DNA from: Trueperaceae bacterium
Lineage (GTDB): Bacteria; Deinococcota; Deinococci; Deinococcales; Trueperaceae
Length of the DNA stretch: 37,385 nt
NCBI GenBank assembly: GCA_040905465.1
Contig: JBBDRK010000034.1
Span: 4,002-41,386 of the forward strand
Reading direction: 5' to 3'
Shown one piece after another: positions 37,341 to 37,385 of the stretch (within the stretch, counting starts at the first letter, position 1; every line of letters starts with the position of its first letter). The notes beneath the pieces were generated by a model. It did not search any database. It saw nothing but the letters and a program-made list of their open reading frames with translations, and was not told where the DNA came from. Made by a program: the position numbers and the translations under genes.

Positions 37341-37385
37341 CCCCCACGATAACTGCTGACGTCAGCTGCTACGACGGCGTGATAA

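Noticed and set aside
37355-37366. Perfect 12-bp palindrome GCTGACGTCAGC
   Set aside because: Isolated, at the window edge, with no associated promoter or regulator; compatible with chance

Overview
High-GC bacterial window with dense catabolic gene content. Short '-AQ' signal peptides without a lipobox on the binding proteins and apparent leaderless promoters suggest Deinococcota (Truepera-like); this is inference only. It begins at a probable contig end (poly-C run). In order it contains: (1) a minus-strand, ROK-regulated amino-sugar operon (binding protein, a permease with a ~265-aa internal membrane insertion, a second permease, a NagZ-type GH3, ROK, and a truncated LacI-type sensor domain), with a clear sigma70 promoter and palindromic operator; (2) two hypothetical genes and a ubiX with no ubiD in the window; (3) a ~12 kb divergent IclR-controlled organic-acid locus (two family III CoA-transferases, an atypical crotonase, PaaI thioesterase, TctCBA, gamma-carbonic-anhydrase-like protein, LhgO-like oxidase, MDR reductase, MFS), which is the best candidate for an undescribed pathway; (4) ppsR/ppsA, followed by a 61-codon in-frame deletion scar of an FAD-linked oxidase and a Gfo/Idh/MocA gene; (5) mazEF and an M19 dipeptidase; (6) a LacI-regulated beta-glycoside operon (ABC transporter, a secreted clan GH-A hydrolase I cannot assign to a family, GH1, secreted GH3), whose 14-bp operator recurs exactly inside the lacI-type gene; (7) a short HEXXH ORF fragment. 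I saw no rRNA, tRNA, CRISPR array, transposase or integrase. All family calls come from motif recognition by eye, not database searches.
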